This document shows positions 10,811 through 20,802 of a stretch of 64,000 bases of DNA, one piece after another. Under the pieces are notes generated by a model. That model worked only from the letters and a program-made list of their open reading frames with translations. It did no database searches and was not told the DNA's origin. The stretch's first letter is position 1, and every line of letters starts with the position of its first letter. The stretch spans positions 1,280,001-1,344,000 of the forward strand of contig CAWBMP010000004.1 of NCBI GenBank assembly GCA_963790025.1, read 5' to 3'. The DNA comes from Nitrospirota bacterium (GTDB lineage: Bacteria; Nitrospirota; Thermodesulfovibrionia; Thermodesulfovibrionales; Dissulfurispiraceae). The translations under genes and the position numbers were made by a program.

Positions 10811-11589
10811 TTTTTCTTTATTTTAAGGTAACACGCTGATAGGAATGAATTGGTATATATTAACATTCTTTTTTTAAACCATGCTGTGCTATTCTTGACC
10901 ACTATTCGTTTTATAGCAAAAGGATCGGAGCCTGTTTTCACAACGCCCGGATTGGTGGTAAAGATACCTTTATAACCGGCGCTTTTGGCCGCTTTTAATG
11001 CGGCATCATTATAATCCCCGTAGGGCCAACAGAGATAGGGACATGGCCTTCCCAGGCGACTTTCGAGGGTTTGCTTCGGCTCATCCAGCTCATGGAAGAG
11101 TTCATGCCTGTTAAGGACGGTGCAGCGTGGGTGGCTCTTGGTGTGTGCATAGAACTCGACAATCCCGCTGTCCTGCATCTCTTTTATGTGTTCCCAGCCG
11201 AGCATTACTTCACCTGCGTGTCCGTTTTTTATCAGTGCCTTTGACTCCTTGTGTGTGGGTACTGCAGGCGGCAGCGGCTCCTCGGTGGCGATATTGCCGA
11301 CCCAGGCGGTAACGATAAAAATGCACGCGTTGATATTGTAGCGTTTCAATACCGGAAAGGCATAAATATAATTATCGAGCCAGCCGTCATCGAAGGTGAC
11401 GACGACCGATTTCTCTTTTACGGCTATATTTCCTGAAATATATGAAGTCAGTTCATCGAGGGTCAGGGTCCTATAGCCAGCTTTGTGGAGATAGAGCATT
11501 TGCCCACCAAAAACCTCAGGCGTAATTGTGACCATGTCACCCTTATGTGGGTTTACGTGGTGATACATCAACACGGGAACCGGCCTCAC
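10807..11589 (-). CDS. Polysaccharide deacetylase (NodB/CE4)
   Basis: VLMYHHV, TFDDG, HTKSH, WPYG; probable start GTG 11589 overlapping the upstream stop (GTGA), not 11676. Confidence 0.85.
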   Translation of the reverse strand: MRPVPVLMYHHVNPHKGDMVTITPEVFGGQMLYLHKAGYRTLTLDELTSYISGNIAVKEKSVVVTFDDGWLDNYIYAFPVLKRYNINACIFIVTAWVGNIATEEPLPPAVPTHKESKALIKNGHAGEVMLGWEHIKEMQDSGIVEFYAHTKSHPRCTVLNRHELFHELDEPKQTLESRLGRPCPYLCWPYGDYNDAALKAAKSAGYKGIFTTNPGVVKTGSDPFAIKRIVVKNSTAWFKKRMLIYTNSFLSACYLKIKKK

Positions 11590-12716
11590 CTGGGATCCCA
11601 AAAACGAAGTTTTTTCGGGGCAGAGCGGCCTCTCCCGTTCAACAGAGACACGTAGAGCGCATACATGCTGTCGCACATCTTTTCAGTGCTGAACTGCTGT
11701 TCAACCATCTTCCTTCCTTCCCTTCCCATGGCTGCCATTCCCTCTTTATCGCTCAACATTTTCAGCATTGCGTCTGCAAGGGCTTTGGCATTGCCGGGGT
11801 CAACGAGATAGCCGTTTATCCCGTGTTTAATGACCTCCCCGACGCCGCCGACATCAGTCCCGATAACCGGCTTCCGCATTGCCATTGCTTCGACAAAAAC
11901 CCCTCCATGCGCCTCCTGAAGAGTCGGAAGCACGAAAATATCAAATGAGTTGACAATAACCGGAATGTCCTGCCGCAAGCCGAGCATGAATACCTTGCCG
12001 GACAAACCGGCCCTCTCTATTGCATTGGAGATATTCCTGGTTTGCGGCCCGTCACCGGCAAACACAAAGACGGCATCCGGTATTTTTTCGAGCACCCTGG
12101 GTATTGCCTCGAGCAGGATTTTGTGCCCCTTCTTATTCCGCAAAATCGCTACAGTGCCGATAAGAGGCGCCTCCGGCCCGAGCCCAAGCTCCTGCCTGAG
12201 AGTCGCAGGAGTATTGTCAGGGTCAAATCTGCTCAAATCTATGCCTGTGTGAATGGTGACTATTCTTTCATTGCCGACGCCTGCGCTTATCAAATAGCGC
12301 TTAACATAATCACTGGTGGTAACTACCTTGTGAGACAATAATGAATAAGTGAATCGGGACGTTATAGGCAGCGCAATGTGGCGTGTCCTGACAATTACAG
12401 GCTTCCTTCCAGACATCCTTCCGGCTATGCCCGCAAGAAAGCTGTCTCTGCCGCTGTGGGAATTGATCACATCGATCCGCTCGCTGCTGATCACTTTCAT
12501 TATGAAGGCTATCGCAGGGAGGTCATAATGTTTTTTCATTCTGCAGATCCTGACCTCTATCCCTTCCGCTGCCGCCATCTTTCCCAGTGTACTGCCGGGT
12601 TGACAGAGTATAAACACCCTTGCGCCGATCTTTTTCAGACCGATGGACTCTTTAAGCGTCCTGTTTTCCTGACCCCCCCAGCCTTTCGACGATTCCGTAT
12701 GGAGTACAGAGATCAT
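11586..12716 (-). CDS. Glycosyltransferase family 4
   Basis: WGGQENR, KGH, EAHGGVFVEAMAM. Confidence 0.9.
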   Translation of the reverse strand: MISVLHTESSKGWGGQENRTLKESIGLKKIGARVFILCQPGSTLGKMAAAEGIEVRICRMKKHYDLPAIAFIMKVISSERIDVINSHSGRDSFLAGIAGRMSGRKPVIVRTRHIALPITSRFTYSLLSHKVVTTSDYVKRYLISAGVGNERIVTIHTGIDLSRFDPDNTPATLRQELGLGPEAPLIGTVAILRNKKGHKILLEAIPRVLEKIPDAVFVFAGDGPQTRNISNAIERAGLSGKVFMLGLRQDIPVIVNSFDIFVLPTLQEAHGGVFVEAMAMRKPVIGTDVGGVGEVIKHGINGYLVDPGNAKALADAMLKMLSDKEGMAAMGREGRKMVEQQFSTEKMCDSMYALYVSLLNGRGRSAPKKLRFWDPR

Positions 12717-13438
12717 TTTTCCGCTACTATCTTAAGATGTGCCCTATTGTAGAAACATGACGAAAATCTTAAGTTAAATCCGGTTTTTTTCAATAGTAAC
12801 TTGAATGTTTCAGGCGAAAAATACCATAAGTGACCCGGAGGTCCGAAATATTTCCATTTTGCACCAGCCAGCCTTGCTTTTATATGAGATACACAAGGGA
12901 CCACTATAACAGTTACTCCACCGGGTTTTAAAATCCGTTTTATTTCCTTCATAGTGCTGATAGGGTCATGTAAATGTTCCAAAACATGCAAAGCAACAAC
13001 TACATCGAAACTTGCATCTTCAAATCTATGGTCCTCAAGAGTTCCCTGTGAAACATTTAATCCTGATGCTTTTGCATAATCCAGATGTCTGGAAGATAAA
13101 TCTATACCCATGGCATCCCACTTTTTGCTTCTTAAAGCCGCCAACATCAAATCGCCCTGTGAGCAGCCAATTTCCAGCAAACGGCCGGGCTTTGAAAATT
13201 TTTCGATCCATTTGAGCAACAACCTGTATCGCAAACGCCTTCCCATCCCGCCTGCGGGAACAAAGGGTTCACCTTCATTTACATAAGCGTTTTTCTTTGA
13301 ATATTTAGTAATTATTTCATCAAGAGGCGGCAGAGGGACAGTATATACAAAGCCGCATTCATTACATTTAACAATACTATAGATGCCTTTTTGACATACA
13401 AATTCATATCCATCAGAATTGCATAAAATACATTTCAT
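12713..13438 (-). CDS. Class I SAM-dependent methyltransferase with N-terminal CxxC...CxxC
   Basis: CILC...CNEC; LLEIGCSQG; HVLEH; LKPGG. Confidence 0.9.
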   Translation of the reverse strand: MKCILCNSDGYEFVCQKGIYSIVKCNECGFVYTVPLPPLDEIITKYSKKNAYVNEGEPFVPAGGMGRRLRYRLLLKWIEKFSKPGRLLEIGCSQGDLMLAALRSKKWDAMGIDLSSRHLDYAKASGLNVSQGTLEDHRFEDASFDVVVALHVLEHLHDPISTMKEIKRILKPGGVTVIVVPCVSHIKARLAGAKWKYFGPPGHLWYFSPETFKLLLKKTGFNLRFSSCFYNRAHLKIVAEK

Positions 13439-13566
13439 GTTTTGTCCTATTGAAAAAAATTAACCACAGAGAACACAGAGAAAACCTTTTGTACCATCGA
13501 GTTGTCGAAAATTTGATTCCACTCTCCCCTGCGCCCTCTCTAACTATTAGTCTTTTTTCCTTTCTT

Positions 13567-14724
13567 TTATAAATTATTCTTTTTTTCTCTGTGTTCTCTG
13601 TCGTGAATCACCTTTCTAATGACATCTAAAACTTCTTCGGGTTTTATATCATCAAGACATTTACTTATTTTACTTCCATTGCACCCGTCATTGCCACAGG
13701 GAATGCAGTCCCAGGTCCTTTGAATTACCGTATGGATGCCAAACGTCTGAACGCCGCTTCTTTTTTGATAAGCCTTGCTTTCATTTGATTCAATGCTTTT
13801 CGAGTTCTCCCACGGGCCCCAATGAAAAGCGCCGCTCGGGCCGAACAGTGCAACAACAGGCGTGTTGACGGCAGCGGCAATATGCATGGGTGCAGTGTCA
13901 ACACCAAAGAACAGACCGCATATCCTTGAAATCGAGCCCAGCTGTTTTATTGTAGTCCTGGCACTTAAATCTATGACCCTCGGAGAATAACCAACGAGTG
14001 ACAGGATTTTCTTTGTTTTTTCAACCTCTCTTCTGTCGGCAGATGATGTAACGATTACAGCAAAGCCGTTACCAATCAGCCATCTTATAATTTCCGCCAT
14101 ATATTCATCTTTCCAGCACTTGAAAAGCCAGCGTGAAGTTGGATGAATATGCACAATATCAGCAGTTTCAGCTATATCGTGTTCCTTAAGAATTTTTTTT
14201 ATAAATGCCTTATCTTCATTCGAATCATAAAAATCCACCGAGAAATCGTTTGTAACTATTCCAACTTGCTGCACGACGGCAAGGTTCTGCAAGACCATAT
14301 GTTTACCGGCATCGGGCAACGACAGATATGTGTAACAAAACCTCTTGCCAATAAAGCCTTTTTTAAATTTCCACCCTAACCTGTATCTGGCCCCTGTGAT
14401 ACAGGAGATAATGGCCGCCCTATCCCCGCCTGTGAGGTCAACAGTCAAATCAAAGCCCTTTTTCCGCAGTATTTTCAAAAAGGAATATTCCTTGATATAT
14501 TTCCGTATTACAGGCATTTCCTTTGTTTTCCTGTCAAAAACTATAATGTCATCAATAAGAGGGTTCCCGGTCAACACCTCTTCCGTACCTGAATTAACAA
14601 GGGCCGAAATGCCGGCGTTTGGAAACTTCCCACGTAATGCCCTAAAAACAGGAACTGTAAGAAGGACATCTCCGATGTTGCGGAGCTTTATGACGAGAAT
14701 TTTATTTATGTTATGAAATTCCAT
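13567..14724 (-). CDS. rfaQ: LPS heptosyltransferase III-like (GT9)
   Basis: KLRNIGDVLL, HPTSRWLFKCW, GVDTAPMHIAAA, FGPS..WGPW. Confidence 0.8.
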   Translation of the reverse strand: MEFHNINKILVIKLRNIGDVLLTVPVFRALRGKFPNAGISALVNSGTEEVLTGNPLIDDIIVFDRKTKEMPVIRKYIKEYSFLKILRKKGFDLTVDLTGGDRAAIISCITGARYRLGWKFKKGFIGKRFCYTYLSLPDAGKHMVLQNLAVVQQVGIVTNDFSVDFYDSNEDKAFIKKILKEHDIAETADIVHIHPTSRWLFKCWKDEYMAEIIRWLIGNGFAVIVTSSADRREVEKTKKILSLVGYSPRVIDLSARTTIKQLGSISRICGLFFGVDTAPMHIAAAVNTPVVALFGPSGAFHWGPWENSKSIESNESKAYQKRSGVQTFGIHTVIQRTWDCIPCGNDGCNGSKISKCLDDIKPEEVLDVIRKVIHDREHREKKNNL

Positions 14725-15859
14725 GGCGCTTGTCAGGATGATTTTTTAGACTGATGACGCGGTCAATCGTCTCGGCAAAGGCTTGTGCAGTACTTTCAAT
14801 GGAAAATTCCCCGGCTTTTCTCCTTGCGGCCTCACTCATAAGATGTGCGCCGTTCAGCGCATCAGTGATACGTGCCGACAGTTCCCGCGCATCGAGCATA
14901 TCGTTCAATATAAAACCCTCCTTCCCATTCTCTATAAGCTCTCCTGCCCCGTTGTTCCTGGTTGTGATGACCGGGATACCGGAAGCCATCGCCTCGAGGG
15001 TGGCATTACTGAAAGGATCATAAATCGTAGGGAGGACAAAAAGGTCTGCTGCGGCATAATATTTTTCAATATCTCTTTGCGGCCCAATAAAATAAACTCT
15101 GTCCGCAATGCCCAGTCGCGAAGCCAGTGCTTTAAATTGATGGGCAGGACCCTTGCCGATAACTACTGCATGTACCTCCCCGCTTTTCAGGCGCGGGACA
15201 GCTTCCAGCAGCACCTGCAGCCCTTTTCTCCTGAAGCCGGAGCCGACGAACAGCAGGAGCTTGGCATCGCGCCTAAGTCCAAGATTATCCTTGATTTGGT
15301 TGCGCCATTTATCTTTATTGTCCGGCGTAAACCGGGCCAGATCAACCCCGTTGTAAAGCAAATGGATTTTTTCTTCGGGTACGGCGTAATGTTTTATGAT
15401 GTTTGCTTTTACCATATTGGAATTGGCAATTATACAGGGAGTATCTGAGAACAACCTTTTTTCTATGTTGAGAAGCGATAAGTGAAGGGGGTTTATTTTA
15501 AAGGATATCCCCTTGTAAAAAGGTTCCGTCTCCGATCGTATTGCAAGCATTTCCGCATGGCAGCCTTCTCCAGCCCTGTAGATATCCTGGCATACGGTCC
15601 TCTCAAAACTTATAGTGCACTGGGGTGTATTTTTTTTGATCGCCTTGCAGACATTTCTGTTAAATGTAGTTACTGAGAGGAAAGAGTTTATCCGCGAACT
15701 GGGTATATAGCTGAAGCGGACCCCGTCTGCGGCTTCCCAGTGTGTCGAGAGAATGGTGATCTCGTAATTGCGCTTTAACTGATTGACCAGCGTTTTCATA
15801 TAGTTTTCCGCCCCGCCGTGAAGGGAAAAGCGTTTCTTTATAAAAAAAAGTTTTTTCAT
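14711..15859 (-). CDS. rfaG: LPS core glucosyltransferase, RfaG/WaaG-like (GT4)
   Basis: GGAE, DIYRAGEG, GSGFRRKG, YDPFSNATLEAMASG. Confidence 0.75.
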   Translation of the reverse strand: MKKLFFIKKRFSLHGGAENYMKTLVNQLKRNYEITILSTHWEAADGVRFSYIPSSRINSFLSVTTFNRNVCKAIKKNTPQCTISFERTVCQDIYRAGEGCHAEMLAIRSETEPFYKGISFKINPLHLSLLNIEKRLFSDTPCIIANSNMVKANIIKHYAVPEEKIHLLYNGVDLARFTPDNKDKWRNQIKDNLGLRRDAKLLLFVGSGFRRKGLQVLLEAVPRLKSGEVHAVVIGKGPAHQFKALASRLGIADRVYFIGPQRDIEKYYAAADLFVLPTIYDPFSNATLEAMASGIPVITTRNNGAGELIENGKEGFILNDMLDARELSARITDALNGAHLMSEAARRKAGEFSIESTAQAFAETIDRVISLKNHPDKRHGIS

Positions 15860-16881
15860 GCGTACGGAAAGGCATTAATACAGTCATTGACTGCCTTAAA
15901 TACATCGTCAACAGGAATTTCGTTCACCTCATTTTCCGCAGTAAGAACAATATTCTCAGTTTTCCACGGATACCAACTTAATGACTTCTTCTTCGTCATA
16001 AGGGCAACCGTAACTTTATGCAGTGCAGCGGCCATGTGGAGTGATCCTGTATCGAGGGTAATCACTATGTCGGAAAGGGCCAAGGCAGCAATTAATGACT
16101 TCAATGACGGAGTCGGATAAGCCATAATACGACCTTCAAAATGCCTGATTATACGTTCCGCTGACTCATTATCTCCTGGAAAGGTAGGATTGTTTTCAGA
16201 ACCGGGGGCCCATAAAAGCAAAACATGTGCCGTATCCTGAAGGAGTATTTTATCAATGAGTGTTATATAGTTGGCCGTTGACCATTTGTTCGCCTTGATT
16301 CTCGCACTGATCGCTACTGCCAAAAGAGGCTTATCAGTACCTATTCCCGCAGTTTTTTTATAAATCCCGACCCTTTTGAACTCCCCTTCATCGGGGACCA
16401 GGACCAAGTTTCCAGGCTGGCCGGAGATACCTAAAGCGCTGAGAAGGTTAAACACTTTTCCGACTTCATGTTCATTGCCGGCTAAAGGTACCACCACTTT
16501 ATTGTAAAAAAAATTCAGCGCGTCTTTTTTGCCGTAACCTATCCTCAGTTTTGCCCCGGTAAAAAAAGTATATTTTGCCGAAGTAGGGGAATAATATGAA
16601 CCGCAGGCTATCGCCATATCATATCTTTCCTTTCTTAGGCTCCGGAGCACTTTGAGATTATCCAGCCAGACAGACAATTTGGTTTTATGCGGCGCGTGTT
16701 TGGCTTTCTCGTATATATATATTTTATCTATGTCCGGATTACCCGCAACCACTTCGGCATTATAAGAATTTACCAATATGCCGATTTTAGCGTCAGGATA
16801 TCTTTCTCTTACAGAATGGATTGCGGGCGTCGTGCAGATCAGGTCACCAATGTTATCACGGCGGATAAAGAGTATTTTTAT
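15856..16881 (-). CDS. Glycosyltransferase family 9, probable non-canonical ATA start
   Basis: Frame is open upstream of the called 16776 start as (I)KILFIRRDNIGDLICTTPAI, a typical GT9 N-terminus; GAGGTG SD 4 nt before ATA at 16881; LDTGSLHMAAAL. Confidence 0.85.
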   Translation of the reverse strand: MKILFIRRDNIGDLICTTPAIHSVRERYPDAKIGILVNSYNAEVVAGNPDIDKIYIYEKAKHAPHKTKLSVWLDNLKVLRSLRKERYDMAIACGSYYSPTSAKYTFFTGAKLRIGYGKKDALNFFYNKVVVPLAGNEHEVGKVFNLLSALGISGQPGNLVLVPDEGEFKRVGIYKKTAGIGTDKPLLAVAISARIKANKWSTANYITLIDKILLQDTAHVLLLWAPGSENNPTFPGDNESAERIIRHFEGRIMAYPTPSLKSLIAALALSDIVITLDTGSLHMAAALHKVTVALMTKKKSLSWYPWKTENIVLTAENEVNEIPVDDVFKAVNDCINAFPYA

Positions 16882-17030
16882 TGCACACCTCTGAATGATT
16901 TTATTTTTTACCCTTTTTTATTATATCATTAAGCTTATTGCAATCTCCCCTACTGGTACCCCAAAAAGTCTTCGACTTTTCAGGGACCCCGCTTAAAAGA
17001 GGGGAACCCAAGGGAAAATATGGAGAGTAA

Positions 17031-18341
17031 ATGATAACGGAATATATCTCCGGCAGAAAAAAAATAGCGGTTGTGGGCATGGGATATGTCGGCCTGCCCT
17101 TGTGTGCGGGGTTGGGCAGGGCGTTTAAGGGTGTAATAGGTTTCGACATCAGCGAATCCCGGATAAAGGAGTTGACGTCGGGATTTGACAGGACCGAGGA
17201 AATATCTGCTGAAGACATACTTGCTGCATCTATCGAATTCACGGCACAGCCCTCCAAGTTAAGAGAAGCCTCCGTTATTATTGTTGCAGTGCCCACCCCA
17301 ATAAATCCCCACAAGATGCCTGATCTAAGGCCTCTTGAATCGGCTTCCGGGACAGTTGGGAAGAATCTTACTAAAGGTTCGGTTGTTGTTTATGAATCAA
17401 CAGTTTACCCGGGGGTAACCGAGGAGATATGCGGCCCCATACTGGAGCTGCATTCGGGACTGAAGGCCGGTAGCGGCTTTAAACTAGGGTATTCCCCTGA
17501 GAGGATAAACCCGGGCGACAGGCAGCACAACCTGCAGACCATAGTAAAAGTGGTTGCCGGGCAGGACAGCGAGACCACAGATCTGCTTGCCGGCATATAT
17601 GGAAGTGTTGTAAAAGCCGGGGTTCACCGCGCCCCTGACATACGCACTGCCGAAGCTGCCAAAGTTATAGAGAACATCCAGCGTGACCTCAACATAGCGT
17701 TGATCAATGAACTGTCGGTCATTTTTCATCTCATCGGGATCGATACCGGGAAAGTGCTTGAGGCCGCAGCAACAAAGTGGAACTTCCTGCCTTTTCAGCC
17801 GGGTCTGGTGGGGGGGCACTGTATTGGCGTAGACCCTTACTATCTCACTTTCAAGGCCCAGGAGGTCGGCTATCACCCGGAGGTGATACTGGCGGGAAGA
17901 AGAATTAACGATTACATGGGGAGATATATTGCGGAGCAGACCATAAAAGAGCTTATAAAGACGGGCATCGCGGTAAAAGGAAGCAGGATATTAATTATGG
18001 GCTTCACCTTTAAGGAAAACGTGAAGGATGTGCGCAATACAAGGGTGATTGACATCTATAACGAACTTCTGGAGTACGGAGTGAGACCTTTCATTATCGA
18101 TCCGGAGGCCGAAAAAAACGAGGTGAAGGCTGAGTACGGTATTGACCTTATTGAGAAGCCGCAAGATTATTCCCCCTATGAAGGCATTATTGCTGCGGTC
18201 CAGCATGAAAAGTTCACCAAATTCTCTATGGAATACCTCAGGTCGCTTTGTAATACCAGCCCTGTTCTAATTGACGTAAAAGGAGTTTTCGATAAGCATA
18301 CAGCCGCAGCTGCCGGTTTCAGCGGATACTGGAGGCTATGA
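17031..18341 (+). CDS. UDP-N-acetylhexosamine/nucleotide-sugar dehydrogenase (WbpO/TviB-like)
   Basis: GMGYVGLP, ESTVYPG, PERINPGD, GGHCIGVDPYYL, TFKEN..D.RN. Confidence 0.9.
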   Translation: MITEYISGRKKIAVVGMGYVGLPLCAGLGRAFKGVIGFDISESRIKELTSGFDRTEEISAEDILAASIEFTAQPSKLREASVIIVAVPTPINPHKMPDLRPLESASGTVGKNLTKGSVVVYESTVYPGVTEEICGPILELHSGLKAGSGFKLGYSPERINPGDRQHNLQTIVKVVAGQDSETTDLLAGIYGSVVKAGVHRAPDIRTAEAAKVIENIQRDLNIALINELSVIFHLIGIDTGKVLEAAATKWNFLPFQPGLVGGHCIGVDPYYLTFKAQEVGYHPEVILAGRRINDYMGRYIAEQTIKELIKTGIAVKGSRILIMGFTFKENVKDVRNTRVIDIYNELLEYGVRPFIIDPEAEKNEVKAEYGIDLIEKPQDYSPYEGIIAAVQHEKFTKFSMEYLRSLCNTSPVLIDVKGVFDKHTAAAAGFSGYWRL

Positions 18342-18521
18342 AGGCAAAAAACATGAACCACAGAGCACACAGAGATTTTTCTCTTAGCACTGAAAGAACT
18401 AAACTACGGAGAACACAGAGATATTTCTGCGGTAGGCATATTTCTCCGTGTACTGTATTTTTAGGTTTTGTTTTTCTTGAAATATTAATTTTCTCTGTGT
18501 CCTCTGTATTTGACGCGGCCT

Positions 18522-19508
18522 TTAGCCGCCTATTCTTGACATAGGCTTCAGGTGGGCAAAACTTTTTTCGTGATTTATGGCGTGCCCCTTCGGTTTGATC
18601 TCGACAGAAAGCCGGAGAAGCCTTTCGATTTCTTCATCAGAAGCACCTGATCTCATGACCGATCTCAGATCGATTTCCGTCTCGGAAAACAGGCAGGGCC
18701 TGAGCTTTCCCTCGGACGTTAACCTGAGACGGTTGCAGGAATTGCAGAAATGGTGGGTTATAGGGCTTATGAAACCTATTACACCAGGTGCGTTCTCGAA
18801 GCGGTAATACCTGGCAGGACCCGATCTCCTCAGCTTCACAGGATTGAGCGGCGCTACAGCTGAGACCCGTCTCTTGATTTCCTCAGTCGAAATATATTTG
18901 TCCTGGCCCCATAGCTCGCTCCCACCCATAGGCATAAATTCTATAAAGCGCACATGAAAGGGCGTTTTAATGGTTAATTGTGCGAAGGCCTCTATCTCAT
19001 CATCGTTACACCCTCTCACTGGCACCATATTCAGTTTTATGGGTGATAATCCAGCCTGTTGGGCCTCGTATATGCCTTCAAAAACATCATCAATGTTTCC
19101 ACCCCTGGTTATTTCCCTGTATTTATCGGCCTTGAGGGAATCGAGGCTTACATTGATCCTGTTCAGCCCCGCAACAGCAAGCTCGCCGATATGTTTCCGG
19201 AGCAGTACGCCGTTAGTGGTAAGGCTTATATCTTCAATGCCTTTTATAGCATGTATAGAAGCGATCAGGAAAGAAAGATTTTTCCTGATGAGCGGTTCCC
19301 CACCGGTAATGCGAATTTTATTGACCCCGAGTTTTGCAGCGATGTTAACGATCCGTAAAATTTCTTCATATCGAAGAATATCTTTATGTGCCAACGGCTT
19401 TATTCCCTCCGAAGGCATACAATATGTGCAGCGCAAATTGCAGCGGTCAATTACGGATATGCGCATGTAATCGATAACGCGACTGTACTTGTCCTGAATA
19501 CCTTCCAT
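18522..19508 (-). CDS. moaA: GTP 3',8-cyclase
   Basis: CNLRCTYC, TGGEP, RFIEFMP, FCNSCNRLRLT...PCL, C-terminal IGG. Confidence 0.95.
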   Translation of the reverse strand: MEGIQDKYSRVIDYMRISVIDRCNLRCTYCMPSEGIKPLAHKDILRYEEILRIVNIAAKLGVNKIRITGGEPLIRKNLSFLIASIHAIKGIEDISLTTNGVLLRKHIGELAVAGLNRINVSLDSLKADKYREITRGGNIDDVFEGIYEAQQAGLSPIKLNMVPVRGCNDDEIEAFAQLTIKTPFHVRFIEFMPMGGSELWGQDKYISTEEIKRRVSAVAPLNPVKLRRSGPARYYRFENAPGVIGFISPITHHFCNSCNRLRLTSEGKLRPCLFSETEIDLRSVMRSGASDEEIERLLRLSVEIKPKGHAINHEKSFAHLKPMSRIGG

Positions 19509-19576
19509 ATTACTATATTATAGTGAGGATACTGCGATTAAGAAAGAAAAAACGCAGCCGTAAAAAAGTTAACACC

Positions 19577-19716
19577 GACGGTTTCGTAAAAAGTTCAAAG
19601 GCAAGGCGCGCAAATACTGAGGAATGAGGCGTACTTTTTGGTACGCCGAATGGGTCCCAAAAAGTCCGAGACTTTTTGGGGCAGGACTAAGCATATGAGC
19701 TTGTTACGAAGCCGTC
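19577..19716. repeat. MITE/REP-like element with imperfect 21-bp terminal inverted repeats and a nested palindrome
   Basis: GACGGTTTCGTAAAAAGTTCA (19577) vs TGAGCTTGTTACGAAGCCGTC (19696), 18/21 complementary; internal CCCAAAAAGTC-cga-GACTTTTTGGG. Confidence 0.65.
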
Positions 19717-20662
19717 ATTTCTTCTTTTTCTTTTTGCTGGCAAACACTTCGGCAATCTTCTTCAGGGCGGCGTCGGCCTCTGCTGATTGAGGATACTTTT
19801 CAATGAGCCGTTCCAATATCACCTTGCCGGTCTTTTTATCGCCGCTCTCGATAAAGGCATATCCCTGCTTAAGCATGGCTGCTCTTACCTTATCGTGAGA
19901 TGGATATTTTTTCAGGAAATTTTCATAGGTGAGAATAGCATCCTCGTATTTCTTTTGATCGTAATAGGTCTCACCTATCCAGAACCAGGCGTATGGAGTC
20001 AGGGTGTGCTTGGGAAAATCATTCGTGATCTTTTCAAATTTTTGCCTTGCCTCGGCATAGTGCTTCCCCTTGACATCTATTTGCGCGTCATCGTAAAGCT
20101 TCTGGGGAACAGTATAATCGGTTGAAGCAGGGGTCTTCTGCTCTGCGAGAGGAGTTCCACCAGCAGGCGACGTGACCTCAGGGGCGGATGCAGCGGTCGG
20201 CATCTGCTGACTGCCGTTTGTCTTAAGTGCCTTTACCTCGTTTTCGAGGCTGGCGATCCGGGCCTGCTGCAGATCTTTTTCAGCAAGCAGGTCTTTTATG
20301 GTCTTGTCAACGTTGTACTTATTCTCGTCAAAGCGGCCTTCAAGCACCTGAATAGCTTTTGACAAGTCGCTTACCTGTGAGAGCAGTGACGACTGGCTCT
20401 CCTTCAAGGCGCCGACTCCCTGCTCTTTTATTAAGGTAACATCGTGTGACATGCCATCTACCGAGGCTTTCAACTGGTCGATTTGAACCCTTTGAACGTC
20501 GATATTTTTTTGGAGGGATTCAATGTCACTGGTGCTTGCACAACCCGATAGCATTGGGATACAAAGTGATAATAAACCACAAAGAACACAGAGTTTTGTA
20601 AAAATGAGTTCGCAGAACTTTTTATTGGTTTTAAAAAAATTTACTCCTTCCGGTGCTATCAT
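19715..20662 (-). CDS. cpoB: Tol-Pal system protein YbgF/CpoB (lipoprotein, coiled coil + TPR)
   Basis: LSGC lipobox, coiled coil, TPR (AWFWIGETYY, AMLKQG); downstream of pal. Confidence 0.85.
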   Translation of the reverse strand: MIAPEGVNFFKTNKKFCELIFTKLCVLCGLLSLCIPMLSGCASTSDIESLQKNIDVQRVQIDQLKASVDGMSHDVTLIKEQGVGALKESQSSLLSQVSDLSKAIQVLEGRFDENKYNVDKTIKDLLAEKDLQQARIASLENEVKALKTNGSQQMPTAASAPEVTSPAGGTPLAEQKTPASTDYTVPQKLYDDAQIDVKGKHYAEARQKFEKITNDFPKHTLTPYAWFWIGETYYDQKKYEDAILTYENFLKKYPSHDKVRAAMLKQGYAFIESGDKKTGKVILERLIEKYPQSAEADAALKKIAEVFASKKKKKK

Positions 20663-20802
20663 CCCTCTCCTTTGTGAACTGGCTTATAAGCCGGGCCTCC
20701 AGGCCCGGCTTAAGGCCCGGCCTGGAGGCCCATACTTCTGGCTACTATTGGTGGCTACTGTGGCCTAAGGCCCCTACTGTTGGTGGCTGTGGTTAAACTG
20801 CA

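Noticed and set aside
18338..18544. 68-aa ORF after the dehydrogenase
   Set aside because: Translation of CACAGAG-type inverted repeats; overlaps the moaA end
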